Assembly: GCA_024275975.1 (NCBI GenBank)
Contig: JAJRYC010000038.1
Coordinates: 13,955 to 77,954 of the forward strand
Direction: 5' to 3'
Origin: Nitrospirota bacterium
GTDB lineage: Bacteria; Nitrospirota; Thermodesulfovibrionia; Thermodesulfovibrionales; UBA6898
Length of the DNA: 64,000 nucleotides
The notes beneath the pieces were generated by a model that did not search any database, had not been told where the DNA came from, and saw only the letters and a program-made list of their open reading frames with translations. Position numbers and translations under genes: made by a program. Each line of letters begins with the position of its first letter. Position 1 is the stretch's first letter. Shown here piece by piece: positions 27,784 through 37,873 of the stretch.

Positions 27784-28498
27784 ATCAGCCCCATTCAGGT
27801 ACTGCCCGGGATGCGGTCACGGCCTGCTTCAAAGGCTTATAGCCGAATGCATAGACTCCATGAAACTCAGGGGAAAGACCATTGGCATCGCACCCGTGGG
27901 ATGCGCTGTTTTTGCGTATAACTATTTCGATTTCGATATGCTCGAAGCCGCGCATGGACGCCCTCCGGCCGTTGCGACCGCACTTAAGAGAACAATGCCG
28001 GATAAAATAATTTTTTCTTATCAGGGCGACGGTGATCTTGCAGCCATCGGCACGGCCGAGATAATACATGCGGCCAACAGGGGAGAGAATTTTTCCGTCT
28101 TTTTTGTAAACAATGCCACGTATGGAATGACAGGCGGGCAGATGGCCCCCACCACACTCCCTGGGCAACGCACAACGACGACCCCCGAGGGAAGGAATAT
28201 CAGCACATCCGGTTATCCGCTTCACGTCTCGGAGCTTCTCTCGACAATTGAGGGGGCGTCTTTCATCCAGAGAGTATCAATAGACTCATATGAAAACATC
28301 CTGATTGCAAAAGACGCCATAAAAAAAGCATTTCGTTATCAGATCGAGGGCAAGGGGTTCAGCTTTGTGGAAATGCTCTCGCCCTGCCCGACCGCCTGGC
28401 GGCTGTCGCCAAAAGAATCCCTTGAATGGATCAGGACCGACATGGTCCGGGAGTATCCTCCCGGCATAATAAAAGACAAATTCATGGAGAATAATTAA
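27749..28498 (+). CDS. korB: 2-oxoacid:ferredoxin oxidoreductase beta (TPP-binding) subunit
   Basis: MRKIFRRPRSLKSAPFRYCPGCGHG..., with GDGD...NNATYGMTGGQ. The ATG at 27749 overlaps the GGDEF gene end by 35 nt. Confidence 0.85.
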   Translation: MRKIFRRPRSLKSAPFRYCPGCGHGLLQRLIAECIDSMKLRGKTIGIAPVGCAVFAYNYFDFDMLEAAHGRPPAVATALKRTMPDKIIFSYQGDGDLAAIGTAEIIHAANRGENFSVFFVNNATYGMTGGQMAPTTLPGQRTTTTPEGRNISTSGYPLHVSELLSTIEGASFIQRVSIDSYENILIAKDAIKKAFRYQIEGKGFSFVEMLSPCPTAWRLSPKESLEWIRTDMVREYPPGIIKDKFMENN

Positions 28499-29047
28499 CT
28501 GGAGAAAAGAATAATAATAGCGGGTTCGGGTGGCCAGGGAATTCTGTTCTTCGGGAAGATACTCGCGTTTGCCGCCATGACCGAGAAAAAAGAAACTACA
28601 TGGTTTCCTTCCTATGGAGTCGAGATGAGAGGTGGGACAGCTAACTGCACGGTCATCATCTCCGATGAAATGATAGGTTCTCCCATAGTGCGGCACCCGG
28701 ACATACTCGTAACAATGAACAGGGCTTCATATGATAAATTTCAGCCGGAACTGATCAAAAAAGGGATCCTCTTTCTTGACTCTTCCCTGGTAAAAAAACC
28801 TGATTTCAGAAGAAAAGTGGAGACCGTCCAGGTCCCTTCAACTGAAATAGCGGGCTCTTCGGGAAACGCCAGGTCCGCCAATATGGTAATGCTCGGGGCC
28901 CTGATAGCCGGAACCGGAATTCTGAAAAAATCGTCGATTCTTGAAATATTTAAAAACCACCCGGAGGCCGGGGAAATCGCAAACGTGAAAATGAATACGG
29001 ATTCGTTTCTGGAAGGTATGCTATACATTGAAAATACGAAAAGCTAA
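28499..29047 (+). CDS. korC: 2-oxoacid:ferredoxin oxidoreductase gamma subunit (start codon unclear)
   Basis: (L)EKRIIIAGSGGQGILFFGKILAFAAM...SYGVEMRGGTANC. The conserved GSGGQG lies upstream of the first ATG (28577). There is no ATG, GTG or TTG between the korB TAA and that motif. Confidence 0.75.
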   Translation: MEKRIIIAGSGGQGILFFGKILAFAAMTEKKETTWFPSYGVEMRGGTANCTVIISDEMIGSPIVRHPDILVTMNRASYDKFQPELIKKGILFLDSSLVKKPDFRRKVETVQVPSTEIAGSSGNARSANMVMLGALIAGTGILKKSSILEIFKNHPEAGEIANVKMNTDSFLEGMLYIENTKS

Positions 29048-29489
29048 AATTTCAGACGTTAAAGTGATTCATAAACTAATAAACGAATTCGCTCGTAATG
29101 AAGAGATGATTCCAAGGGCAATTAACGAGCTTTATGAAAACATCAGGGATTTTATAGTCTGCGAAGATGATGAGAAAATTTGCGGGGTATGCGCGCTTCA
29201 TGTTATGTGGGAAGACCTGGCCGAAATTCGCTCGCTTGCAGTAAAAAAGCAATACCAGAGGATGGGGATAGGGGAAAAGCTGGTCAGGCGCAGCCTGGTT
29301 GAAGCAAAGGGGCTCGGAATACAAAATATATTCGTTCTGACTTATCATCCGTCCTTTTTCAAGAAACTGGGTTTCGTGGATACCGACAAATCAAACCTTC
29401 CACAAAAAATATGGGGGGACTGCGTCAGATGTCCCAAATTCCCGGAATGCGATGAACACGCACTGATACTCAAACGGGGTGCGGCGTAA
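29028..29489 (+). CDS. GNAT N-acetyltransferase (amino-acid N-acetyltransferase-like)
   Basis: Acetyl-CoA-binding block RSLAVKKQYQRMGIGEKLV. TTG start overlapping the korC end. Confidence 0.7.
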   Translation: MKIRKAKISDVKVIHKLINEFARNEEMIPRAINELYENIRDFIVCEDDEKICGVCALHVMWEDLAEIRSLAVKKQYQRMGIGEKLVRRSLVEAKGLGIQNIFVLTYHPSFFKKLGFVDTDKSNLPQKIWGDCVRCPKFPECDEHALILKRGAA

Positions 29490-29739
29490 GATTCATTAAT
29501 GAAAGAAAGGCATAGCGCAGAGAGCATAGCGTAACGGATAAAAGATGTTCAATGTTCAACGTTCAATGTTTAAGGCGCAAACAAAAGCAAAGCGTACCAG
29601 ACTAAGGACGAAAAAAAAGCTCAGACAGTCTTGAATTCTTAACGCGTTCAGCCTCGGAATCATCCCTAAAATAATCAAAGGGGAATGAAAAACAATACCT
29701 GCTGATGACAAGAGTAACCCCTTAAGTAAGGGTAAATTA

Positions 29740-29772
29740 CTCCCCTCTTAGGCAGAGGGGTTGGGGGGATTT
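29740..29772 (+). repeat. REP-like palindromic element, variant copy
   Basis: TCCCCTCTTAGGCAGAGGGGTTGGGGGGATTT contains the hairpin CCCCTCT/AGAGGGG. It matches the copies at 53406 and 63634. Confidence 0.7.
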
Positions 29773-29791
29773 GTTCAATCAAGCGACTTCT

Positions 29792-31363
29792 CTACAGCTT
29801 TTCATCCTTGAGAAGCTTGTATTCAATGCTGTCGACCAGCGCCTGGTAGGAAGCCTGGATAATGTCCTCTGAAACCCCGACAGTACCCCATTTCCTGTCC
29901 TTGTCTCCAGATTCAATAAGAACACGCACCTTTGCTCCGGTACCCCTGCCAGCGGTTAAAACGCGAACTTTATAATCATGAAGCTTTACATCCTTGAGCA
30001 TGGGGTAGAACCTTTCGAGCGCCTTTCTTAACGCGTTATCGAGCGCGTTCACAGGGCCTCTTCCGGTCGCCGCGGTATGTTCGACATGTCCACTCACCTT
30101 CAGCATTATGGTGGCTTCGCTAAGAGGGTCTTCACCCTCTTTTCTCTTCTCTATTATGACTCTGAATCCGATGAGATCAAAAAATCTCTTATGCAGGCCG
30201 AGTGTTTTTTTCATCAAAAGTTCAAATGACGCCTCTGCGGCCTCAAACTGGAAACCCTGGTTTTCGAGGTCTTTCAGCTTGTCGGCTATCTCCCGCAGAT
30301 GCGCTGAATTCTTCGTCAGCTTTATGCCGAATTCTTCGGCTTTCCTCAGAATGTTACTTCTTCCGGCAAGATCCGATATCAGTACCCTCCTGGAATTTCC
30401 GACAAGTTCCGGAGATATATGTTCATAGGTTTCAGGTCTTTTCATGACCGCGTTGACATGCATGCCGGCTTTATGCGCAAAGGCGCTGTCACCCGTATAC
30501 GGCTGATGTTTGAAGTGCCTTAAGTTGGCGATCTCGTTAACATATCTCGATACATCTCTCAGCTTTTTCAGATTCTCCGGACTTACGCACTGTTTCCCGA
30601 GCTTCAGCTGGAGATTGGGTATAATCGAAACCAGATTGGCGTTCCCGCACCGTTCCCCGATTCCATTGATCGTCCCCTGTACGTGAGACGCGCCGGATTC
30701 AACAGCTATTATGGAATTGGCTACTGCACAGTCGATGTCATTATGCACATGAATCCCGATCGGAGTTTTGAAATCCTTTACTATCTTTTTTAATGTATTC
30801 CTTATGATGGTGGTTATGGTGCCGCCGTTTGTATCGCAGAGGACAAGGCAGTCAGCGTCGGCGTCCCGGGCGGCCGAAAGACACTTGAGGGCATAGCCTG
30901 GGTTATTTATATACCCGTCAAAAAAATGCTCGGCATCGAAGAAGACTTTTTCCACATGTTTTTTTAGGTAACCTATTGAGTTGTATATAATGTCAAGGTT
31001 CTCATCGAGCGATATCTTCAATGCCTCCGTGACATGAAAATCCCACGACTTCCCGAATATCGTTACCGCCGCGGGCATGGAATCGAGCAATGCCTTAATA
31101 TTTCCGTCGTTTTCAGGCTTCTTTCCGGCCCTGTGAGTGCTGCCAAATGCGACTATTGTGGAATTCGCAAGACTTAATTTTTTCGCCTTATTGAAGTATT
31201 CGATGTCCCTGGGATTCGAGCCAGGCCATCCGCCTTCAATGTAATGCACCCCCGCGTCATCGAGCTTTTCCGTAATTCTCAGTTTGTCCTCGACGGAAAA
31301 CGAAACATCCTCTGACTGGGCGCCATCCCTCAGCGTTGTATCGTATATCTCTATTCTGCGCAT
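29792..31363 (-). CDS. cimA: (R)-citramalate synthase
   Basis: [30 protein letters not shown]... 523 aa with a LeuA-dimer-like C-terminal regulatory domain. The pattern is CimA rather than LeuA. Confidence 0.8.
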   Translation of the reverse strand: MRRIEIYDTTLRDGAQSEDVSFSVEDKLRITEKLDDAGVHYIEGGWPGSNPRDIEYFNKAKKLSLANSTIVAFGSTHRAGKKPENDGNIKALLDSMPAAVTIFGKSWDFHVTEALKISLDENLDIIYNSIGYLKKHVEKVFFDAEHFFDGYINNPGYALKCLSAARDADADCLVLCDTNGGTITTIIRNTLKKIVKDFKTPIGIHVHNDIDCAVANSIIAVESGASHVQGTINGIGERCGNANLVSIIPNLQLKLGKQCVSPENLKKLRDVSRYVNEIANLRHFKHQPYTGDSAFAHKAGMHVNAVMKRPETYEHISPELVGNSRRVLISDLAGRSNILRKAEEFGIKLTKNSAHLREIADKLKDLENQGFQFEAAEASFELLMKKTLGLHKRFFDLIGFRVIIEKRKEGEDPLSEATIMLKVSGHVEHTAATGRGPVNALDNALRKALERFYPMLKDVKLHDYKVRVLTAGRGTGAKVRVLIESGDKDRKWGTVGVSEDIIQASYQALVDSIEYKLLKDEKL

Positions 31364-31372
31364 ATTACCGAA

Positions 31373-32593
31373 TTATCCGGCAAGCCCAAAGGTCTCGTGA
31401 AGCACCCTTACGGCGAGTTCAGTGAATTTGAGGTCTATTACGCATGATACCTTTATCTCCGAGGTGCTTATCATCATTATATTTATGTTATGGCCCGCAA
31501 GCGTCTGAAACATCCGGGAGGCGACACCGGAATGGGACCTCATGCCGACACCAACGATCGAGACTTTGCTTATGTCTTCTCTCTTGTCGACCCTCTTTGC
31601 TCCGAGTTCCAGGGCGACGGCTTCCGTCACCTCCAGCGCCCTGTCCGAATCGGTCCTTGGGACTGTAAAAGAGATGTCCGCGCTTTTTCCGTCACTGCTT
31701 ATGTTCTGAACTATCATGTCGACAATAACATCGGCGGAAGCGATGGAATCAAACAGTTTGGCCGCGATTCCCGGTTTATCGGGGACATTGACAATAGTGA
31801 TTTTAGCCTGGTTCTTATCATAGGCAATTCCAGATACAACGACATTCTCCATCTCTTTATCCTCCTCGACAACAAGCGTCCCGGGGTTTTCATTAAAACT
31901 GGACCTGACAACAACAGGCACCTTGTATTTCTTCGCGAATTCGACAGACCTCGCCTGTAAAACCTTTGCGCCGAGACTTGCCAGTTCCAGCATCTCTTCA
32001 TAGGCTATCTTTTCGAGCTTTCTCGCCTCGGGAACAATATTGGGATCAGTGGTGTATACACCATCGACATCGGTATAAATCTCACAGAGGTCCGCCTTAA
32101 CAGCCGCGGCGATAGCAACCGCCGAAAGATCCGATCCGCCTCTTCCGAGTGTTGTGATGTCGATCTCCCCCCTGGTCACGCCCTGAAAACCGGCAATAAC
32201 CACAATATACCCGTCATCAAGGGCCTTTTTGACCCTCTCGCTCGAAATCTTCTCGATTCTCGCCCTGGTAAACACAGTGTCGGTAATAATGCCCGCCTGT
32301 CTTCCGGTCATGGCCATCGCCTTATGCCCTGACGACTCTACGGCCATGGCGGTAAGGGCACTTGTGACGCGTTCACCCGACGAAAGGAGGATATCCATCT
32401 CCCTTTCACTCGGCTTCGGTGATAACTGACGAGCGAAATCTATCAGTTTATCAGTCTCTCCCGCCATGGCGGAAACAACCACCACCACTTTATTGCCGGC
32501 TTCGGCAGTCCTTGCGACACGTCCAGCGACTTCCTTTATCCTGTCGATCGACCCTACGGAACTTCCGCCGTATTTTTGTACAATCAGCGCCAA
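31373..32593 (-). CDS. lysC: Aspartate kinase
   Basis: [22 protein letters not shown], and two C-terminal ACT domains. Confidence 0.95.
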   Translation of the reverse strand: MALIVQKYGGSSVGSIDRIKEVAGRVARTAEAGNKVVVVVSAMAGETDKLIDFARQLSPKPSEREMDILLSSGERVTSALTAMAVESSGHKAMAMTGRQAGIITDTVFTRARIEKISSERVKKALDDGYIVVIAGFQGVTRGEIDITTLGRGGSDLSAVAIAAAVKADLCEIYTDVDGVYTTDPNIVPEARKLEKIAYEEMLELASLGAKVLQARSVEFAKKYKVPVVVRSSFNENPGTLVVEEDKEMENVVVSGIAYDKNQAKITIVNVPDKPGIAAKLFDSIASADVIVDMIVQNISSDGKSADISFTVPRTDSDRALEVTEAVALELGAKRVDKREDISKVSIVGVGMRSHSGVASRMFQTLAGHNINIMMISTSEIKVSCVIDLKFTELAVRVLHETFGLAG

Positions 32594-32607
32594 AATTGCC
32601 CCCGCTA

Positions 32608-33819
32608 TTAATTCCCCTGAATGAAATAATCCATCAGTTTATATCCTTCTTCGAAGATCAATATGTCTTCTTTTTTCAGTATATCCTCGGTGAAACGGGC
32701 ACCTTCATTTTTTTGTATTTTCCTACTGTCCAGAATAACAAAAGGCACCGGGTCATCCGTATGTGTTCTCAACTCCACAGGTGTGGGGTGATCGGGTAAA
32801 AGCAGAATTTTGTATTCATCAAAAGCCTTAATCCCTTCTAATACAGTACCAACAACAAGGGCGTCAAAGTCTTCTATCGCCTTAATCTTCTCCATGCAAT
32901 TGCCTGAATGCCCTGCCTCATCAGGCGCTTCGACATGTAAATATACAAAATCAAGCCGTTCCAGCGCCTTGAGCGCGGCCTCGGCCTTGCCTTTATAGTT
33001 CGTATCAATATATCCGGTCATTCCCGGAACTTTTAATATCTCGAATCCAGCGTATATCCCAAGTCCCTTTGTGAGATCCACCGCGGACACAAGAGCGCCA
33101 TCAACGGAATATTTCTCTTTGAATGTCGGCATCTCCGGCTTTTTACCCTGTCCCCACAGCCAGATGCTGTTGCCCGGATTTTTACCTTTTTTTATTCTCT
33201 TTTTATTCACAGCATGGCTTCCGAGTGAAGAAACGGAATCGATCATCATCGTCCTGAGCAGGTCTTCGCCCTTGCCTACAGGCAGATAATCGATTATATC
33301 CTTTCCGAGAATGTCATGCGGAGGGACACACTCTACTTCGGTAGAACCGTTTGACCAGACCATGAGATGCCTGTAGCTTACACCGCGGTAAAATTTGATA
33401 TCATCGGAACCAAGGTCTTCGTTGAGGATCTTTATAAGCACTGTAGCCTCTTTTGTCGTAATATGGCTGCTGCTGTAATCCTCCATTATCGCCCTTTCCC
33501 CTCTTTGATCAAATTTAAGGGTGACAAGATTACATCTGAACGCAACATCATCAGCCCCGAGCTGTACTCCGATGCTTGCAGCTTCGAGCGGCGCTCTGCC
33601 GGAATAATATTTCAGCGGGTCATAGCCGAGTACGCTCAGGTTCGCAACATCGGATCCAGGATGCATGCCCTTGGGGATAGTTCTCACCGAGCCCGGAATC
33701 CCCTCTGAAGCCAGTTTTGCCATGTTTGGAGTAGAGGCTTTCTGAAGCGGGGTCATCCCATCCAGTTCCTTTACCGGGCGGTCGGCCATGCCGTCACCTA
33801 TGATTACGATATATTTCAT
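32608..33819 (-). CDS. Cofactor-independent phosphoglycerate mutase family protein (ApgM-like; 'proposed homoserine kinase' type)
   Basis: [15 protein letters not shown]..., with [13 protein letters not shown] and LLPDHPTP (metalloenzyme superfamily). It sits between lysC and thrC. Confidence 0.8.
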   Translation of the reverse strand: MKYIVIIGDGMADRPVKELDGMTPLQKASTPNMAKLASEGIPGSVRTIPKGMHPGSDVANLSVLGYDPLKYYSGRAPLEAASIGVQLGADDVAFRCNLVTLKFDQRGERAIMEDYSSSHITTKEATVLIKILNEDLGSDDIKFYRGVSYRHLMVWSNGSTEVECVPPHDILGKDIIDYLPVGKGEDLLRTMMIDSVSSLGSHAVNKKRIKKGKNPGNSIWLWGQGKKPEMPTFKEKYSVDGALVSAVDLTKGLGIYAGFEILKVPGMTGYIDTNYKGKAEAALKALERLDFVYLHVEAPDEAGHSGNCMEKIKAIEDFDALVVGTVLEGIKAFDEYKILLLPDHPTPVELRTHTDDPVPFVILDSRKIQKNEGARFTEDILKKEDILIFEEGYKLMDYFIQGN

Positions 33820-34877
33820 AAAATATCATTTATGTTTTTTTCGACAATTTTCAGGTCCGCCCGTATTTTTATCGGTTCTTTTGAAACCTTAAACACAATA
33901 TCAGGGTCCTTCAGCCCGTTCCCGGTCAATGTACATACCACGCTGTCACCGGCCTCGAAGTAACCCTCCTTATATAATTTTATAACACCGGCAAGAGACG
34001 CCGCCGAAGCAGGCTCGCATAAGATGCCTTCAGCCACGGCTATAAGTTTGTATGCGCTCAGTATTTCTTCGTCGGTAACGGCATCGATCCTGCCGCCGGA
34101 CTCTTCTTTCGCGGCAAGGGCCGACTTCCAGCTTGCGGGATTTCCGATTCTGATGGCCGTTGCTATTGTCTCGGGGTTTTCGATCATCCTGCCAAGGACT
34201 ATCGGGGCCGCGCCAGCGGCCTGAAACCCCAGCATAACATGGAGTGTCTCGATCCTGTTCGCCTTATTATATTCGTTGTAACCTTTCCAGTAGGCCGTGA
34301 TATTCCCGGCATTGCCAACGGGCAGGGCATGGTATTTAGGTGCAAACTGGAGCTGGTCGCAGACCTCAAATGCGGCAGTCTTCTGGCCCTCGATCCTGAA
34401 CGGGTTTATGGAATTCACGAGAGTTATCGGATATTTGGTCACTATCTCCTTGACTATAGTCAGGGCCTGGTCGAAATTACCCTCGATTTGCATAACATAT
34501 GATCCATGCGCCAGGGCCTGGGAAAGTTTTCCGATGGCGATCTTGCCTGCCGGAATAAGCACAATGGCCTTTATCCCGGCCCTCGCGGCATAAGCTGCCG
34601 CTGCTGCGGAGGTGTTTCCGGTCGAGGCACAGATTACGGCCTTTGAACCGGCCTCAACCGCCTTCGATAAAGCAAGGGTCATACCCCTGTCCTTAAACGA
34701 ACCGGTTGGGTTCGTGCCGTCGAATTTAAAATACAGCTCAAGATCCAGACCAATCCTGTTTTTCAGGTTTACAGCTTTTATCAGAGGGGTGTTGCCCTCA
34801 TTTAAAGTTATAATGGGAGTCTCATCAGTTACAGGAAGAAAATTTCTGTATACGTTTATTATTCCGTTCCACATCAT
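33816..34877 (-). CDS. thrC: Threonine synthase
   Basis: PLP-lysine block [10 protein letters not shown], then [14 protein letters not shown]. 353 aa. Confidence 0.9.
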   Translation of the reverse strand: MMWNGIINVYRNFLPVTDETPIITLNEGNTPLIKAVNLKNRIGLDLELYFKFDGTNPTGSFKDRGMTLALSKAVEAGSKAVICASTGNTSAAAAAYAARAGIKAIVLIPAGKIAIGKLSQALAHGSYVMQIEGNFDQALTIVKEIVTKYPITLVNSINPFRIEGQKTAAFEVCDQLQFAPKYHALPVGNAGNITAYWKGYNEYNKANRIETLHVMLGFQAAGAAPIVLGRMIENPETIATAIRIGNPASWKSALAAKEESGGRIDAVTDEEILSAYKLIAVAEGILCEPASAASLAGVIKLYKEGYFEAGDSVVCTLTGNGLKDPDIVFKVSKEPIKIRADLKIVEKNINDIL

Positions 34878-34936
34878 ACTGTCTAAATATCTCCTTTTAT
34901 CACTTTCTGCCTCAATGAGTATTTCCGCTTTCCAGA

Positions 34937-35173
34937 CTATTCAATAATATCTCCTTCTACGAGTTCGACATCAACTCCCTTTTCCTTAAGCCAGTGGATT
35001 CCCTTTTCTATATCGTCATCAGCTCCGTCAAGTTCAAGTATCATCTCACCAACTGTTTCCGTAACTCTCGCCCTTCTTATATTCGGCATAACCTTGAACT
35101 GTTTCGCCATCGTAAATATCACCGGCTCTTTAATGAGATTCGGGGGGAAAGTCAACTTAACTCTTCTTTTCAT
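34937..35173 (-). CDS. NIL-domain protein
   Basis: 78 aa, [50 protein letters not shown], matching the NIL-domain pattern. AGGAGG RBS. Ends at TAG. Confidence 0.65.
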   Translation of the reverse strand: MKRRVKLTFPPNLIKEPVIFTMAKQFKVMPNIRRARVTETVGEMILELDGADDDIEKGIHWLKEKGVDVELVEGDIIE

Positions 35174-35182
35174 TATTTCCTC

Positions 35183-35461
35183 CTATTGGCGACCGCCAGC
35201 GATAGCGGGCACAATCGAAACCTCGTCACCATCCTTTACTATCGTCTCTTCCACGTTAAGGAACCTTATGTCCTCGTCATTGAGATATATGTTCACGAAT
35301 CTCCTTATTTTGCCGTTCTCGGATATCCGCTCCGCGATTCCTGGAAATCTCTTATCAAGATCATCCACAAGTGATATTATGGTCCCCGTCGCGCCCTCGA
35401 CTTCCTCCTGACCCTGGGTGAGCCTCTGCAACGGTGTCGGAATTCTTACTTTTACTGCCAT
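35183..35461 (-). CDS. ThiS/MoaD-like sulfur-carrier protein with -GG-RQ C-terminus
   Basis: 92 aa with a beta-grasp pattern. It ends ...VSIVPAIAGGRQ, then TAG. Confidence 0.7.
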   Translation of the reverse strand: MAVKVRIPTPLQRLTQGQEEVEGATGTIISLVDDLDKRFPGIAERISENGKIRRFVNIYLNDEDIRFLNVEETIVKDGDEVSIVPAIAGGRQ

Positions 35462-35481
35462 TCATGTCACCTCCTGACAGG

Positions 35482-36723
35482 TCATTGACCTTTTTTTATT
35501 TTTCCAAGCGTCTCTTCAAAAGAGGCAAGGTTAGGGTTTATATGGTACGGCTTCATGGTATGTCCCTGCAAAGCCTCCTGTGTCTTAAGTCCGTTTCCTG
35601 TAATGCATATGACCGTAACCCCGTCTTTTTTCAGACGGCCTGATTCAATCAGCTTCCTGGTAGCGGCCAGGGTAACGCCACCCGCCGTCTCCGCGAAAAT
35701 CCCTTCAGTCTTTGCCAGGAGCTTAATCGCGTCAATGATCTCCTGGTCGGTTACATCCTCTGCATATCCTCCTGTTTCCCTGACCACCCGGGACGCGTAA
35801 AAACCGTCGGCGGGATTGCCTATCGCGAGGGACTTGGCTATTGTATCAGGCTTCACAGGCCTTATAGCATCGGTATCGTTTTTAATCGCCGTGGAAATAG
35901 GGGAGCATCCCGCGGCCTGCGCGGCAAACACCTTTGTCTTCAGTCCTTTAAGGATCCCTATATCCTTGAATTCCCTGAAACTCTTCCATATCTTTGTTAG
36001 AAGCGAGCCGCTGGCGCATGGCACTACAACATTGTCAGGGGCCTTCCATCCAAGCTGTTCTACGATCTCAAATCCGAGCGTCTTTGAACCCTCGGCATAA
36101 AAGGGCCTGATATTTATATTCACAAAAGCCCATCTGTATTTATTCGCCACCTCGCTGCAGAGCCTGTTCACTTCATCGTAATTGCCGTCGACAACAATGA
36201 GGTTCGGCCCGTAAATCAGGGACGCGACTATCTTGCTCGCCTCCAGTGTGGCGGGTATAAATATAAATCTTTTAAAGCCCGCCATGGCCCCATGAGCTGA
36301 AACGGCATGCGCGAGATTTCCCGTTGACGCACACGCCACGGTGTCAAACCCGAATTCTTTTGCCTTGGTCAGCGCAATCGATACGACCCTGTCCTTAAAG
36401 GAAAGCGTCGGATGAACAACGGTATCATCCTTGATATATAATTCGTCGAGACCAAGCACTTTCGCAAGGGCGTCCGCCTTGATAAGCGGGGTAAATCCTG
36501 AATTCAATCCTGCCTGCGGCTCTCCGTCAACAGGCAGGAGTTCCTTGTACCGCCAGAGATTCTGCTGGCGGGATTCTATCTTTTTCCTGCTTATCGCGCC
36601 TGCTATGCTTTCATAGTCATAGGCCACTTCAAGCGGGCCGAAACAGAACTCGCAGACATAGATAGGTTCAATCGGATATTCTCTTCCACATTCCCTGCAT
36701 TTAAGACCTTTTATATGTCCCAT
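35482..36723 (-). CDS. Threonine-synthase-like PLP enzyme with N-terminal zinc ribbon
   Basis: CRECGREYPIEPIYVCEFCFGPLEV, PLP-lysine block HPTLSFKDR, then ASTGNLAHAVSAH. Second ThrC paralogue in the window. Confidence 0.8.
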   Translation of the reverse strand: MGHIKGLKCRECGREYPIEPIYVCEFCFGPLEVAYDYESIAGAISRKKIESRQQNLWRYKELLPVDGEPQAGLNSGFTPLIKADALAKVLGLDELYIKDDTVVHPTLSFKDRVVSIALTKAKEFGFDTVACASTGNLAHAVSAHGAMAGFKRFIFIPATLEASKIVASLIYGPNLIVVDGNYDEVNRLCSEVANKYRWAFVNINIRPFYAEGSKTLGFEIVEQLGWKAPDNVVVPCASGSLLTKIWKSFREFKDIGILKGLKTKVFAAQAAGCSPISTAIKNDTDAIRPVKPDTIAKSLAIGNPADGFYASRVVRETGGYAEDVTDQEIIDAIKLLAKTEGIFAETAGGVTLAATRKLIESGRLKKDGVTVICITGNGLKTQEALQGHTMKPYHINPNLASFEETLGKIKKGQ

Positions 36724-36994
36724 AATTTCATCTCCTAATCAAAACATATACTTTTACTATTTTACTTTAAATCAACACAAAAAATGAATTCCACGACGCA
36801 TAATATTTATTTATTATTTGCCTTTTTTAATAATAACGGCCGGGCATGGCGGGAGTGGTGAAAATGTCCTGCCCGCGATACATTAACCCCCCCAGGCAAA
36901 GTCGACTGGCTTTCTGCAAGTAAAACTTCAAGTTACACCTGCATCCATGTGAATCATAAAGGAATTTCACTGCCATACCGATTAATTCACCCTG

Positions 36995-37762
36995 TCATCC
37001 TTTTTCTTTTTTCGCCTCATCCCACAATGCGTCCATCTCCGCAAGAGTCATATCTGAAAGTTTCCGGCCATTTTCAGCAACCGTTATTTCCATATGCCTG
37101 AAGCGTGTTATGAACTTGTTGACGGTCTTTCTCAACGAGTCTTCAGCGTTCAGACTAAAAAATTTCGCTATATTGACCAGCACAAAAAGGATGTCGCCGA
37201 GTTCTTCCTCCATACCGGCATGTTTTTTTTCTTTAACCGCGTTCTTAAATTCATCCAGTTCCTCATCCAGTTTGAGGAGGACATCCTCCGGCCTTTCCCA
37301 GTCAAACCCAACCGCTGAAACCCTCTCCTGAAGCTTTTGCGCCCGCTGTAAGGAAGGCAGGCATTGGGGAATCCCTTCAATAACCGACTCCCTGAGTTTG
37401 CCCTCTTTCTTCTTATGGACATCCCAGTGCTCCAGCACCTCTTCGGCGGTCCTGTATTCGGCGTCGCCAAAAACATGCGGATGCCTCGTGATCATCTTAC
37501 TTCCTATTTTATCGATCACGTCATGGATATCAAATTCGCCTTTTTCACTGGCAAGCCGGCAGATAAATATGATCTGGAAAAGAAGATCGCCAAGCTCTTC
37601 CTTTAACGCCCCGGGGTCTTTTTCGTCTATCGCCTCAAGCACCTCGTATGTCTCTTCGACTATAAAAGGTTTAAGGCTCCCGGTTGTCTGCTCCCTGTCC
37701 CAGGGACAGCCATTTTCACTTCGCAGCACAGCAATCAGATCCAGAAGTTCATTGAAATCCAT
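36995..37762 (-). CDS. mazG: Nucleoside triphosphate pyrophosphohydrolase MazG
   Basis: Tandem MazG domains with EETYEVLEAI and ELGDLLFQ / ELGDILFVL motifs. Confidence 0.9.
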   Translation of the reverse strand: MDFNELLDLIAVLRSENGCPWDREQTTGSLKPFIVEETYEVLEAIDEKDPGALKEELGDLLFQIIFICRLASEKGEFDIHDVIDKIGSKMITRHPHVFGDAEYRTAEEVLEHWDVHKKKEGKLRESVIEGIPQCLPSLQRAQKLQERVSAVGFDWERPEDVLLKLDEELDEFKNAVKEKKHAGMEEELGDILFVLVNIAKFFSLNAEDSLRKTVNKFITRFRHMEITVAENGRKLSDMTLAEMDALWDEAKKEKG

Positions 37763-37873
37763 ATATATTGATTATATTATGGATTGTTCCGTCAATTGTC
37801 AAAAAGCATTAAATGATTGACAATCCGCGTATCCGGTTGCACTTTAACTGTATTATATTATTTAATAATCTTT

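Noticed and set aside
28496-28498. TAA readthrough producing a korB-korC fusion
   Set aside because: The two ORFs are in frame, but nothing else in the window suggests that TAA is read through. A non-canonical start or reinitiation explains korC more simply. The observation is kept as a finding, not as a recoding claim.
29672-29794. C-terminal extension of cimA past its TAG (likewise for the TPM, PK_C-like, NIL and 55608 genes)
   Set aside because: The extensions (about 20-50 codons) run through REP hairpins, RBSs or the antisense of neighbouring genes, and do not resemble known C-termini of these families. These TAGs behave as natural stops.
36724-36994. SAM riboswitch or T-box leader upstream of the ThrC-like / sulfur-carrier genes
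   Set aside because: I looked on the minus strand for SAM-I core blocks (UUAUCAAGAG...GGCCC...GCAACC) and for a T-box specifier or T-box sequence, and found none. The CGGGCA...TGCCCG hairpin there is more simply the mazG terminator.
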